Position numbers and translations under genes: made by a program. This document shows, piece after piece, positions 1-9,445 of a DNA stretch of 64,000 nucleotides (positions are counted from its first letter, which is position 1; each line of letters starts with the position of its first letter). The stretch is from Longimicrobiales bacterium. GTDB taxonomy: Bacteria; Gemmatimonadota; Gemmatimonadetes; Longimicrobiales; Gaopeijiaceae. The notes beneath the pieces are model-generated. The model was not told the origin of the DNA. It ran no database searches and saw nothing but the letters and a program-made list of their open reading frames with translations. The stretch is taken from positions 1,120,001 through 1,184,000 of the forward strand of contig CBDBCF010000001.1 of NCBI GenBank assembly GCA_965202985.1, in the 5' to 3' direction.

Positions 1-162
1 CACCGGAGCCCCCGGCGCCAGCTGGCCCACTCCCGTGAACCCCGCCCGCAGCAGCCGGCCGTCGGCCCCCCAGCCTCCCTTGAGCCAGATGCTGCCCGCC
101 ACGCCGGCGACCAGCGCCAGCAGCACGACCAGTCCCACCAGCGCTTCGCGGCCTCGCTCCAT
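1..162 (-). CDS. mlaD: MlaD/MCE-family protein, N-terminal part (runs off window)
   Basis: Manual translation MERGREALVGLVVLLALVAGVAGSIWL...FTGVGQLAPGAPV: N-terminal TM helix then MCE-like start; downstream of mlaE/mlaF. Confidence 0.75.
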   Translation of the reverse strand, partial: MERGREALVGLVVLLALVAGVAGSIWLKGGWGADGRLLRAGFTGVGQLAPGAPV

Positions 163-169
163 GCCCCCT

Positions 170-925
170 CTACGCCCCTTCCGTTCCGAAGTAGAGTTCC
201 GGATCGCCCTCCACGAACCCGCGCAGAACCGGATCGCCGGATGTCCGCACCTCGTCCGGCGTGCCCGCGAAGGCGGCCTTCCCTTCGTGCAGCAGAGCGA
301 TTCGATCGGCGATGCGCAGTGCGCTGGTCATGTCGTGGGTCACCACCAAGCCGGTTGCGCCCAGCTCGTCGCGCATCCGCAGAATCAGGCGGTCGATGGA
401 GGTCGTGGTCACGGGGTCCAGGCCCGTCGTGGGTTCGTCGTACAAAAGGTACTTGGGAGAGGCCGCGATGGCTCTGGCCACGCCTGCCCGCTTCCGTTGC
501 CCTCCGCTCAGCTCGGAGGGATAGCGATCCTCCATGCCGTGCAGTCCCACCAGCGCCAAGCACTCCCGGACGCGGTCCCGAATCTGGCCCGGCGTCCAAT
601 CGGGAAGCTGCCGAAGCCCCATCCCCGCGTTCTCGGCAATCGTCATGGAGTCGAAGAGCGCCGCGAACTGGAACACGTAGCCGATCCGCCGCCGCAGGCC
701 CGCCAGGCCGCCGCCGTCCAGCGCCTGAACCTGCACGCCGTCCACCTCCACCGAGCCCGAGTCGGGGCGGAGCAGGCGCACCACGTGCTTGAGGAGCACG
801 GACTTGCCGCTCCCCGACGGCCCCAGGATCGCGGCGGTCTCGCCGTCGCTGATCGACATGGTGAAGCCCCGGAGGACCTTCTTGGGGCCGAAGGACTTGC
901 GAAGCCCAGAGAAGTGGATGCTCAC
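170..925 (-). CDS. mlaF: MlaF-like ABC transporter ATP-binding protein
   Basis: Walker A GPSGSGKS, LSGGQ signature, YDEPTTGLDP; GTG start overlaps mlaE stop. Confidence 0.9.
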   Translation of the reverse strand: MSIHFSGLRKSFGPKKVLRGFTMSISDGETAAILGPSGSGKSVLLKHVVRLLRPDSGSVEVDGVQVQALDGGGLAGLRRRIGYVFQFAALFDSMTIAENAGMGLRQLPDWTPGQIRDRVRECLALVGLHGMEDRYPSELSGGQRKRAGVARAIAASPKYLLYDEPTTGLDPVTTTSIDRLILRMRDELGATGLVVTHDMTSALRIADRIALLHEGKAAFAGTPDEVRTSGDPVLRGFVEGDPELYFGTEGA

Positions 926-1704
926 AGCAGCACCACGGCCCAGAAGGCGTCCAGCACCAGGATCACCATGCTGGCGGCCACGACCGCCCGCGTGGCGGCG
1001 GCGCCCACGCCCTCGGCGCCCCCGCTGGCGTGAAGGCCGAAGAAGCAGCCCGCGCCCGTCACCACGGCGCCGAAGGACACGGACTTGATCACCGCGAACC
1101 ACACGTCCCACGTGTCGAAGAAAAGTCGCAAGCCCTTGGCGAACTCTTGGGACGACATGTCCAGCAGCTGGAGGGCCGCGAACCAGCCCGACGCGATCCC
1201 CGCCGCGACGGACAGGACGACCACGGCCGGGAACATGAGGACGCCCGCCAGCATCCGAGGCGCCACCAAGTAGGCCAAGGGATCGTAGGCCAAGGTCTCC
1301 AAGGCGTCGATCTGCTCGGTCACGCGCATCGTCCCCAGCTCGGCGGAGATCTTGGCGCCGACCCGTCCCGCCAGCGTGAGGCCCGTCAGCACCGGCCCCA
1401 GCTCCAGGATCATGACCTTGCCGACGAGCGTGCCCACGAAGTAGTGGGGGATGGCGCCCGTCAGCGTGTACGAGGCCTGCAGCGCCATGACGACCCCGGC
1501 GAAGACGGCGATGAAGAGGGCGATCGGCACCGACGCCGCCCCCACGCGGGCCATCTGCGGGAGCAGGTGGGGAGCCCAGGTGCGGACGTTCCCCAGCGCT
1601 CGAACGGTGCCGCCGACGAGCAGCCAAGCCCTGCCGGTCGCGGCCAATCCGGCCACGGCGCCCCGGCCCGAGGCGGCCAGGGGCCGAAGGAGGAACTCAC
1701 GCAT
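922..1704 (-). CDS. mlaE: MlaE-family ABC permease
   Basis: ELGPVLT, AELGTMRVTEQIDALE, GGAEGVG.A.TRAVV motifs. Confidence 0.92.
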   Translation of the reverse strand: MREFLLRPLAASGRGAVAGLAATGRAWLLVGGTVRALGNVRTWAPHLLPQMARVGAASVPIALFIAVFAGVVMALQASYTLTGAIPHYFVGTLVGKVMILELGPVLTGLTLAGRVGAKISAELGTMRVTEQIDALETLAYDPLAYLVAPRMLAGVLMFPAVVVLSVAAGIASGWFAALQLLDMSSQEFAKGLRLFFDTWDVWFAVIKSVSFGAVVTGAGCFFGLHASGGAEGVGAAATRAVVAASMVILVLDAFWAVVLL

Positions 1705-2107
1705 CAGAAACGATAACGACGGCCGAAGCGCCGGGAGGAATCCGCGGGACGGCGGAGAGGCGCGGGCCGGCGCCGACCTGTCGAAAGGCCTGGAACGCGA
1801 AGGTGACGCGGTCTGGGCCGGGGCCGCCCCACTCGACCGACAGCTTGCCTACGCCGTCGCGGGCGGGCCGAAGGGACACCTCGATCTCCAGGCCCTGTTC
1901 GGGGGACTCGATACGGGCCCGGACGCGCCGGTCGGCCTCTGGACCGGGGACCCGGGAAGGGTTGCGGAACAAGGTCTTGGTGGACTGGCGACCGCCGGGC
2001 AACCGCCGGGTGACCCGAATCCGGTCGAGCCAGTCCGGCGGGTAGCTGATCCGGTAGCGAAAGCCGCACTGGTCCTCGCCCTCGCCCCAGCGGTTGTGGC
2101 GCGCCAC
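1697..2107 (-). CDS. hypothetical protein
   Basis: About 136 aa ORF from GTG, overlapping mlaE start; no recognised motif. Confidence 0.5.
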   Translation of the reverse strand: MARHNRWGEGEDQCGFRYRISYPPDWLDRIRVTRRLPGGRQSTKTLFRNPSRVPGPEADRRVRARIESPEQGLEIEVSLRPARDGVGKLSVEWGGPGPDRVTFAFQAFRQVGAGPRLSAVPRIPPGASAVVIVSDA

Positions 2108-2213
2108 ACTTGACCTCCTCGCGAACGATGACGATTCTTCGAGAGGCGGGTTGCCCTGCCCTCTGCTACGCCCGATCCCCGCGCCGCCCTGCTTGTCGGC
2201 ACGAGCGCCCCCG

Positions 2214-3470
2214 ATGGACGTCACCCAGCTCAGGAACAGCACCGTAGCCGAACTTCAAGGCTACGCCGATTCGCTCAAGGTCCCTTACGGCGGAGGTCTT
2301 CGCAAGCAGGACCTCATCGTCCGCATCCACCAAGGGCTGGCGCGCAGGAACGAGACTGCGTGGACGCGCGGCGTCCTGGACATATTGCCCGACGGCAACG
2401 GCTTCCTGCGGTCTCCCGACTGGAACTACTTGGCCGCGCCGGGCGACGTGCACGTGCACCCCGCCAAGGTGGCCCAGATGGGCTTGCGCCGGGGCGACGC
2501 CGTCTTCGGGTCGGTGGGGCCCGGCGGGCGGGGCGGTCGCTTTCTGACGTTGACCGGCGTGGAGCGCGTCAACGGCCGTCCGCCGGAGCACGCCTCGGGC
2601 CGCCCGACCTACGAGGAGCTTCGGCCCACCTATCCGGACCAGCGGCTGACGCTGGAGGTGCCTCGTGGGAACGTGGCGATGCGGATCGTGGATCTGGTGG
2701 CGCCGGTCGGGCTTGGGCAGCGCGGGCTGATCGTGTCTCCGCCCAAGGCGGGCAAGACCACGATCCTGCGGAACATGGCGAACGCAATCTCGGCCAACCA
2801 CCCCGGCGTGGAGCTTCTGGTCCTGCTCATCGACGAGCGGCCCGAAGAAGTGACCGAGATGACGGACGCCGTGCCCGACGGCGAGGTCGTTGCCTCCACC
2901 TTCGACGAGCCGGCGATCCGGCACCGGCAGGTGGCGGAGATGGTGCTGGAGAAGGCCAAGCGGCAAGTGGAGTACGGGCGCGACGTGGTGATCCTCCTGG
3001 ACTCGGTGACGCGGCTGGCGCGCGCGTACAACACGGTGGCGCGGCACTCCGGCCGCATCCTGTCCGGAGGCGTGGACGCCAACGCGCTTCAATGGCCCAA
3101 GAAGTTCTTCGGCTCGGCCCGAAAGATCATGGACGGCGGCTCGCTGACGATCGTGGCGACGGCGCTGGTCGAGACGGGCAGCCGCATGGACGAGGTGATC
3201 TTCGAGGAGTTCAAGGGCACGGGCAACATGGAGCTGGTGCTGGACCGGGAGACTTCGAACCAGCGCATCTTTCCTGCAATCGACTTGAACCGATCCGGGA
3301 CGCGGCGCGAGGAGATGCTGCTTTCGCCCACCGAGCTGAACCGCGTCTACGTGCTGCGGAACTTCCTGTCGGACATGCCCGCGCCGGAAGCCGCCCAGTT
3401 CCTGCTGGACCGCATCGGCCGCCACCCGACGAACGATGCGTTCCTGGCGGCGATGGCTGTCGGCGAGTAG
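2214..3470 (+). CDS. rho: transcription termination factor Rho
   Basis: [41 protein letters not shown]. Confidence 0.96.
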   Translation: MDVTQLRNSTVAELQGYADSLKVPYGGGLRKQDLIVRIHQGLARRNETAWTRGVLDILPDGNGFLRSPDWNYLAAPGDVHVHPAKVAQMGLRRGDAVFGSVGPGGRGGRFLTLTGVERVNGRPPEHASGRPTYEELRPTYPDQRLTLEVPRGNVAMRIVDLVAPVGLGQRGLIVSPPKAGKTTILRNMANAISANHPGVELLVLLIDERPEEVTEMTDAVPDGEVVASTFDEPAIRHRQVAEMVLEKAKRQVEYGRDVVILLDSVTRLARAYNTVARHSGRILSGGVDANALQWPKKFFGSARKIMDGGSLTIVATALVETGSRMDEVIFEEFKGTGNMELVLDRETSNQRIFPAIDLNRSGTRREEMLLSPTELNRVYVLRNFLSDMPAPEAAQFLLDRIGRHPTNDAFLAAMAVGE

Positions 3471-3485
3471 GGGTTTGGGGAGAAC

Positions 3486-4700
3486 TCAGGCCGCAGGAAC
3501 CACCCGTCTCGTTTCCACGTGATGGAGGCCCAGGTCGTCCTGCCTTCGCAGGAGCAGCCGGTCGCCCTCCGCGTCCATGACGAGCAGCGAGCGCGGCAAC
3601 CGGAGACGCCGCAGCGGCGCGCCGTCCAGGTCCACGTTGATCCAGTCCCGGTGCTCGATCCCCGGAATCCCGCGACCACCCAGCCACAGCGTCCGGTCCC
3701 GGGCGAACACGATCGCGGCAAAGCCGTCGGCGCGTTCAGGCAACGGGGCGGACGCGAGCCGCTTCTCCATGCGCGTCCGGGTGAGCGCTACCAGAGCGTA
3801 CAGCGAATCAGTGACGCGGTCCTTGACCTCTCCGCCGAGCTCCAAGGCCGTGCCTTTGACGGCAACCTCGAGCCGGGTGACGCCTTCCGCGTCGATGAAC
3901 CTCACCCGCGGAGGACCCTCCGACACGAACAGGAACCCGGCCCCGGCGGCAAAGCTCGTGATTTCGGGTACGGGCGGAACACCGGCGCCCATTCCTCCTG
4001 GTCCAGAGTAGTAATCGGGACCGGGTACTGAAGCGACGGGGACCACCTCCCCGTCCATCCGCCAGCGCACGACCGAGAACGGCACTCTAAAACGACCGGC
4101 AGAATACTTTCCAGGCCAGATTTGCGCCTGCTCCACCAGCCATGCCTCCTCCGCAACCGGCCCTGGCCACACCTCCACGGGCGGCAACATTCCCTTGAAC
4201 TCAAAGGTCCGCCCCTCGCCGGTCGCCGGCGAGAATACCGTGCCGCGTCGAAGGTCGAAGTCGTAGACGAAGACCGAATCTACCGGCCATGACCACAAGG
4301 AACTCAGCCGCATGAACTCCATCGGGCCTTCTCCCCGCCGTCCGACGGTGCGCTCCAACCGCCCGAGCGTATCAAGCACGACGACCCGACGGTTGCCGCT
4401 GTCGGCGACCACGGCCCTGCCCTCGTTCGCGAACACGGCCCCCGCAACTCCGGCGAGGAAGCCCGTCGCCTCTTCGTCCAGCTCGTAGCCGGAGCGCTCG
4501 TCCACGCTCCACAGCTCCGCATCGTCAAGGCGCCACGACACCACCGGGTGGTCGCCCGCCGGGCTGGCCTGCTCCGTGCAGCCGACGACCAGCGCCGCGA
4601 GGACCAGGACGACGGATCGCCCCGGCCCCAATGACACCGGCCGCTCTGCCGATTCCGTCGAGTTAGCTGGGCTCCTCGCTCTCCCTACCGCCCCCACCAA
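3486..4700 (-). CDS. 6-bladed beta-propeller-like lipoprotein (tandem paralog B)
   Basis: Lipobox-like LVVGC, GRRGEGPMEF, C-terminal DDLGLHHVE; start uncertain because the paralog's ATG position reads TCG here. Confidence 0.75.
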   Translation of the reverse strand: MVGAVGRARSPANSTESAERPVSLGPGRSVVLVLAALVVGCTEQASPAGDHPVVSWRLDDAELWSVDERSGYELDEEATGFLAGVAGAVFANEGRAVVADSGNRRVVVLDTLGRLERTVGRRGEGPMEFMRLSSLWSWPVDSVFVYDFDLRRGTVFSPATGEGRTFEFKGMLPPVEVWPGPVAEEAWLVEQAQIWPGKYSAGRFRVPFSVVRWRMDGEVVPVASVPGPDYYSGPGGMGAGVPPVPEITSFAAGAGFLFVSEGPPRVRFIDAEGVTRLEVAVKGTALELGGEVKDRVTDSLYALVALTRTRMEKRLASAPLPERADGFAAIVFARDRTLWLGGRGIPGIEHRDWINVDLDGAPLRRLRLPRSLLVMDAEGDRLLLRRQDDLGLHHVETRRVVPAA

Positions 4701-4915
4701 CGAACTACTATTTGGTCATGGCAGCACATATCCATGTCCAGGCGGCAGGCGAAGCACCCGCAATCAGTGCCGGCGCAGGCCCGCCTTAGCTCGGGGACGC
4801 AGTGTTCGTCCGCCTCGCATGGGGTCTGTGCGGCGGTCGGGGGGCTGGCCGGCAAGAGGGCCGCTGCGAGCACGACCACGCCAGCGAGGAACAGAATGCG
4901 AATGGCTTCGATCAT
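4685..4915 (-). CDS. small secreted Cys-rich peptide (76 aa, 8 Cys)
   Basis: AAGGAG RBS, ATG, hydrophobic signal ILFLAGVVVLAAALLP..TAA|Q, mature part with 8 Cys. Confidence 0.75.
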   Translation of the reverse strand: MIEAIRILFLAGVVVLAAALLPASPPTAAQTPCEADEHCVPELRRACAGTDCGCFACRLDMDMCCHDQIVVRWWGR

Positions 4916-4956
4916 GGAGCTTGTCTCCTTGCGTAAGGTGTTTCTGCGGAAGCCGC

Positions 4957-6138
4957 TCAATACGATCCGCTCGCGGGAACCACCTGTCTCACTTCCACGT
5001 GATGGAGGCCCAGGTCGTCCTGCCTTCGCAGGAGCAGGCGGTCGCCGTCCGCATCCATGACGAGCAGCGAACGCGGCAACCGGAGACGCCGCAGCGGCGC
5101 GCCGTCCAAGTCCACGTTGATCCAGTCCCGATGCTCGATCCCCGGAATCCCACGACCACCCAGCCACAGCGTCCGGTCCCGGGCAAACACGATCACGGCA
5201 AAGCCGTCGGCGCGTTCAGGCAACGGGGCGGACGCGAGCCGCCTCTCCATGCGCGTCCGGGTGAGCGCCACAAGAGCATACAGCGAATCGGTGACGCGGT
5301 CCTTGACCTCTCCGCCGAGCTCCAAGGCCGTGCCTTCGACGGCGACCTCGAGCCGGGTGACGCCTTCCGCGTCAATGAACCTCACCCGCGGAGGACCCTC
5401 CGACACGAACAGGAACCCGGCGCCGGCGGCAAAGCTCGTGACTTCGGGTACGGGCGGAGCGCTGAAGCCCACTCCGCCAGAGCCGAAGTGGTAGTCGGCG
5501 TAGGGTACCGAGGCGACCGGGGTCACTTCCCCGTCCATCCGCCAGCGCACGATCGAGATCGGCACTCGATGGCGACCGGCGGGGTACTTTCCGGGCCAAA
5601 TCTCGTACCGCTCCGCCAGCCATGCCTCTCCTGCGACCGGCCCCGGCCACGCCCCCGCGGGCGGCAGCATTCCCTCGAACTCGAACGTCCGCCCCTCTCC
5701 AGTCTCCGGCGAGAACACCGTGGCGCGTCCAAGACCGGAATCGTACGCGAAAACCGAATCTCCCGGCCACGACGACAGGGTGCTCAGCCGTCTGAACTCC
5801 ATCGGGCCCTCGCCTCGCCGTCCGACGGTCCGCTCCAGCCGCCCGGGCGCATCTAGCACGAGGACCCGACGGTTGCCGCTGTCGGCCACCACGGCCGTGC
5901 CCTCGCTCGCGAACACGGCTCCCGGAACTCCGGCGAGGAAGCCCACCGCCTCTTCGTCCAGCTCGTAGCCGGATTGCTCGTCCACGCTCCACAGCTCCGC
6001 GTTGTCGAGGTGCCACGATACCACCGGGTAGTCGCCTGCCGGACTGGCCTGTTCCGCGCAGCCGACGAGCAGGGCCGCCAGGACCAGGACGACGGATCGC
6101 ACCGGCCCCGGCGGCGGTCGCTCTGTTGATCCCGTCAT
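4957..6138 (-). CDS. 6-bladed beta-propeller-like lipoprotein (tandem paralog A)
   Basis: LLVGC lipobox, GRRGEGPMEF; highly similar to 3486-4700. Confidence 0.8.
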   Translation of the reverse strand: MTGSTERPPPGPVRSVVLVLAALLVGCAEQASPAGDYPVVSWHLDNAELWSVDEQSGYELDEEAVGFLAGVPGAVFASEGTAVVADSGNRRVLVLDAPGRLERTVGRRGEGPMEFRRLSTLSSWPGDSVFAYDSGLGRATVFSPETGEGRTFEFEGMLPPAGAWPGPVAGEAWLAERYEIWPGKYPAGRHRVPISIVRWRMDGEVTPVASVPYADYHFGSGGVGFSAPPVPEVTSFAAGAGFLFVSEGPPRVRFIDAEGVTRLEVAVEGTALELGGEVKDRVTDSLYALVALTRTRMERRLASAPLPERADGFAVIVFARDRTLWLGGRGIPGIEHRDWINVDLDGAPLRRLRLPRSLLVMDADGDRLLLRRQDDLGLHHVEVRQVVPASGSY

Positions 6139-6253
6139 GTCAGCTGGGCTCCCTCAGTCCTCGCCGCCGCCCCCAGTCGGAGCAGCTTGTCTGTCGTACC
6201 GGCAAGCCGCTCGTCCCGGACCACGGTCCGCCAGACAGTCCGTCTCGTCGACT

Positions 6254-7420
6254 TCATCGGTTCGCCTCCAGGTCCAACACCTCGAGCCGCCACCCCTCCT
6301 CGGAGTCCTGCGTCGCCACGTACAACGCAGTGTCGGCCGCCACCACGCGACCGCCCAGCGTAAGGTCCCGCGCCAGCAGCCGGCCAGACCCCAGCTCGAA
6401 GATGTCCGCCCGATACCGTGCCTCGGACAATGCCGTCTCCCGGTCGTTCAGGTCCTTGAGCACCACCACCACCATCGAGTCGTCCAGCACATGGACCCCG
6501 TCGATCGTCGTGAACGACTTGAGCCATTCGTCGTGTCGCGTGCGGCCCTCGGGACCTGCGAACGCGAAGAGCTCCGGGTGGCTTGGGAGCCGGAAGGAGG
6601 CCGACGCGCTCCCGAACGTACCCTTCGGCGCGCCGTCCGAGCCGTAGCGATGGAGCGGGTAGAGGGAGTTGGCGACCACCAGCTCGTCCCCCGCCGGCGC
6701 CACATGGGTCGTGAACCACCCTGTCCAGTACGGCACGCCTTCCATCCTCTCGTCGCGCGGATGGAAGGTTGCAACCGACCTGCCTTCGTAGTCGTACACC
6801 GCGACTTCGTTGCCCGGGCCGCGAGGTCGCATGAGGACGGTGGCCAGCTTGTCCTGCCACGCCCGAAGCTGCACGAGGAAGTACGTGCCTTCGACGGTGA
6901 AGAAGGTGTCCACGGCCAAGTCGGGCGAGATGCGCGCGACCGCCGCCACGGGCTGGCCCGAATCGAACGCCACCCTGCGAGCGGTGCCTGTGACGTACAG
7001 GTGCCGATCTTGCCCGAATGCGATGCTACCCGCCCCCGCCCCCGACGGCTGCCAGAACCCCGCGGGCTCGCCGTCCGCGCCCGGCACCGAGGCCAAATAC
7101 TTCCCGTCCGGTCCGTACTTGTGGACTCGCCCGGTCTTCCCGTCCAGCACGAAGAGGTTCCCGGCGACGTCCACCGCCAAGTCCTCCACCCCGAGCAGGG
7201 GCGGATTCCCGTCGCGCTCGAGGACAATCGTCCGCACCTGCGCCAGCTCCGCGCCGGTCGTCTGCTCCGGCGGAGCCTCCGGCTCGGACGTGCATCCGCT
7301 CCACGCCGCCAGGGCGAGCGCCGTCGTCGTGACAGATAGAGGGAGGCGTTGGCCAGCCTCTCCGACTATACGCCGTTGCCGGGGCGCGCCGACGCGGCCT
7401 TGCTCTGTAACGACTCTCAT
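6254..7420 (-). CDS. NHL/6-bladed beta-propeller-like lipoprotein
   Basis: LAAWSGC lipobox-like; DLAVDVAGNLFVLDGKTGRVHKYGPDG blade; start approximate. Confidence 0.7.
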   Translation of the reverse strand: MRVVTEQGRVGAPRQRRIVGEAGQRLPLSVTTTALALAAWSGCTSEPEAPPEQTTGAELAQVRTIVLERDGNPPLLGVEDLAVDVAGNLFVLDGKTGRVHKYGPDGKYLASVPGADGEPAGFWQPSGAGAGSIAFGQDRHLYVTGTARRVAFDSGQPVAAVARISPDLAVDTFFTVEGTYFLVQLRAWQDKLATVLMRPRGPGNEVAVYDYEGRSVATFHPRDERMEGVPYWTGWFTTHVAPAGDELVVANSLYPLHRYGSDGAPKGTFGSASASFRLPSHPELFAFAGPEGRTRHDEWLKSFTTIDGVHVLDDSMVVVVLKDLNDRETALSEARYRADIFELGSGRLLARDLTLGGRVVAADTALYVATQDSEEGWRLEVLDLEANR

Positions 7421-7635
7421 GGCAACCGACTTCCCCTTGACAATTCGGCTCGCACACCGAGCCGTCGCAAGTAGACAGCTCCGTGCCGCTCCACGGGGTT
7501 CCATGGCGACAAGAGGAGTGCAACAGAAGACGCCAGAGAACGCCAGAATGCCGCTACCGTCGCCCGGCTCCCCGCGTCCGCCCTCAGCGCCAGCAGATCC
7601 ATCACTGGGTCGCCCTCCGCATCCATGACGAGAGC

Positions 7636-8211
7636 CTAGCCGTCGAGGGCACGGTAGCGGGGGTTGACCACGAGGTCGCCGCCTTTGAAGACCTTCTGGT
7701 CCCAGGGGTAGGCCAGCGTGGACGCGGTGGCGAGGGCGTGGTAGTCGGGCTGGTAGCCGCCGGGCCGGGCGAAGCAGGTGGCGGTGCGAACTTCCGTCGG
7801 CTGCACGTCGCGGACGGCGGCGAGCGCCAAGCGCAGGGTGTCTCCCGACGTCGTGATCTCGTCCACGACCAGGACGCGCTTGCCCCTGGCCTGGCGGGGC
7901 GCGGCGGAGAGCACCGACGGGCGCTGGCGCACCACTTCGCCCCCTTCCTTCCGCGTGATCTGCAACGAGAAGAAGTCCTTGCGCATCATGCAGGCGACGA
8001 CCGCGCCCGGGATCACGCCGGCCCGCGCCACGCCGACGATGACGTCGGGGTCGTAGCTGCCCGCCACCTTCAGGGCCAGGGCTCGGCAAAGCTCGCCGAA
8101 GATCTCCCAGGACAGTGCCATGCAGTCCCCGTCGGGCCGAACCGCGCCGGCCGGGTAGGGGCCGTCCGTCGGGGCGAACGGACTCGGCATTGTCTCCTCC
8201 TGTTCGTCCAT
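7636..8211 (-). CDS. type I phosphoribosyltransferase (purine PRT-like)
   Basis: VGVARAG and PRPP motif VLVVDEITTSGDT; YPW near C-terminus. Confidence 0.85.
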   Translation of the reverse strand: MDEQEETMPSPFAPTDGPYPAGAVRPDGDCMALSWEIFGELCRALALKVAGSYDPDVIVGVARAGVIPGAVVACMMRKDFFSLQITRKEGGEVVRQRPSVLSAAPRQARGKRVLVVDEITTSGDTLRLALAAVRDVQPTEVRTATCFARPGGYQPDYHALATASTLAYPWDQKVFKGGDLVVNPRYRALDG

Positions 8212-8225
8212 GTCAACTTCCCGCC

Positions 8226-8684
8226 GTGAACGCAGACCTGAAGAAGGCGGCCGACCAGCTCTTCGCGAAGGCGCTGGACGAGGCCGGAGCGAGAGACCCC
8301 CGGGACTACTACCGGGAGCGGTTGCGGGAATTGAAGGGCGCGAACCCGGAAGGGTACGCCAGCGCCGTGGGATACTACACCGACACGCTGCTGCCGTCCA
8401 TTGCCGAGGGCAAGGCGGAGCCGCTGGCCGCCTGGAGGGAGTACGGACTCCTGATCGCTCGGTTGACGGCGCCGGGCAGGACGGTGGCGGTCGATGCCGG
8501 CGGCCGGGCGCGGCCCTACGAGCCGCCGGGAAACTCGGGCGACATGGTGCTGCACCTGCCCGAGGGCCGAGGCGTTCGCGGCGGACGGGTGTTGCTGGTG
8601 GGCCTCCCGCCGACGCCGTCCAGTGCCCAGTTGGCCACGCACGACTGGCTGGTCGCCGGGCGGAGGGCTTTGCGGGGCGCGTGA
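8226..8684 (+). CDS. hypothetical protein
   Basis: GTG start, GC3-rich codons, stop overlaps next gene start. Confidence 0.65.
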   Translation: MNADLKKAADQLFAKALDEAGARDPRDYYRERLRELKGANPEGYASAVGYYTDTLLPSIAEGKAEPLAAWREYGLLIARLTAPGRTVAVDAGGRARPYEPPGNSGDMVLHLPEGRGVRGGRVLLVGLPPTPSSAQLATHDWLVAGRRALRGA

Positions 8685-9445
8685 CGCCGGTGGTTCGCGT
8701 GTGGGCGGGGGCGACTTGCGCGGACGTCGATCGCGCCCTCGGGTTGCTCTCTCCCGACGAGCGGGACCGAGCCGAGCGGATGCGCAGCGCCGTCGCGCGC
8801 ACTCAGTTCGTGTCGACCCGGGCCGCGCTTCGGCTCCTCTTGGCCAGCGTGGCCGCCGACGGGACCGAGCCCCGCGACCTGCGCTTCCGGTACGGCCGCC
8901 ACGGCAAGCCGTACTTGCCCGGCGGACCGTCGTTCAACGTGTCCCACTCGGCGGACGCCGTGATCGTCGCGATAGCGGAGAATGGGCGCGTGGGCGTCGA
9001 CGTGGAGCGAGTTCGGCCGGTGCAGCGCATGGCCGGCGTGGCGGCACGCAAGTTCGCGCCCGCCGAGCAGGCTTGGTTCGAGGCGGCCGGCGCCGGTGCC
9101 GACGCCGACGAGCGCAACGTCGCGTTCTTTCGCATTTGGACGCGCAAGGAAGCCTTCGCCAAGGCCCTTGGCCGAGGTCTTGCGGCGCCGTACCGGTCGT
9201 TTTCGGTGGCGCCGCCGCGACCAAGCAGACGCAAGCCCGGTTTCCCGGACGGGATCGACGGTCGCTCCAACAGTCGCTTCGGCGCGCGCGGAGGACTCGC
9301 GCTTGTAGACATGCCGAGCGAGCGAGCCGACGCATGGACCGTGACGAGCTTGCCGTGGGAGCGGGATGTCGTGGCGGCGCTGGCCGTGGACCAGCCTTCG
9401 GTCGTTGTCGTGCGATGCCCCCTGCCGGACGCTGCTACCTGCTAG
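8681..9445 (+). CDS. Sfp-type 4'-phosphopantetheinyl transferase
   Basis: GKP, FNVSHS, VGVDVE, WTRKEAFAKALG. Confidence 0.9.
   Translation: MTPVVRVWAGATCADVDRALGLLSPDERDRAERMRSAVARTQFVSTRAALRLLLASVAADGTEPRDLRFRYGRHGKPYLPGGPSFNVSHSADAVIVAIAENGRVGVDVERVRPVQRMAGVAARKFAPAEQAWFEAAGAGADADERNVAFFRIWTRKEAFAKALGRGLAAPYRSFSVAPPRPSRRKPGFPDGIDGRSNSRFGARGGLALVDMPSERADAWTVTSLPWERDVVAALAVDQPSVVVVRCPLPDAATC

Larger units (their letters stand above)
3495..6175. repeat. tandem duplication: about 3495-4695 vs about 4975-6175
   Basis: Long near-identical stretches, e.g. TTCCACGTGATGGAGGCCCAGGTCGTCCTGCCTTCGCAGGAGCAG in both copies. Confidence 0.92.

Noticed and set aside
3486..6138. Diversity-generating retroelement TR/VR pair
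   Set aside because: Whole-gene duplication, differences not adenine-specific by eye, and no reverse transcriptase in the window
7417..7626. Third Cys-rich peptide upstream of the 6254 propeller (STCDGSVCEPNCQGEVGC in one frame)
   Set aside because: The Cys-rich frame has no signal peptide or nearby stop, and the 69-aa ORF in another frame has no Cys; cannot be supported
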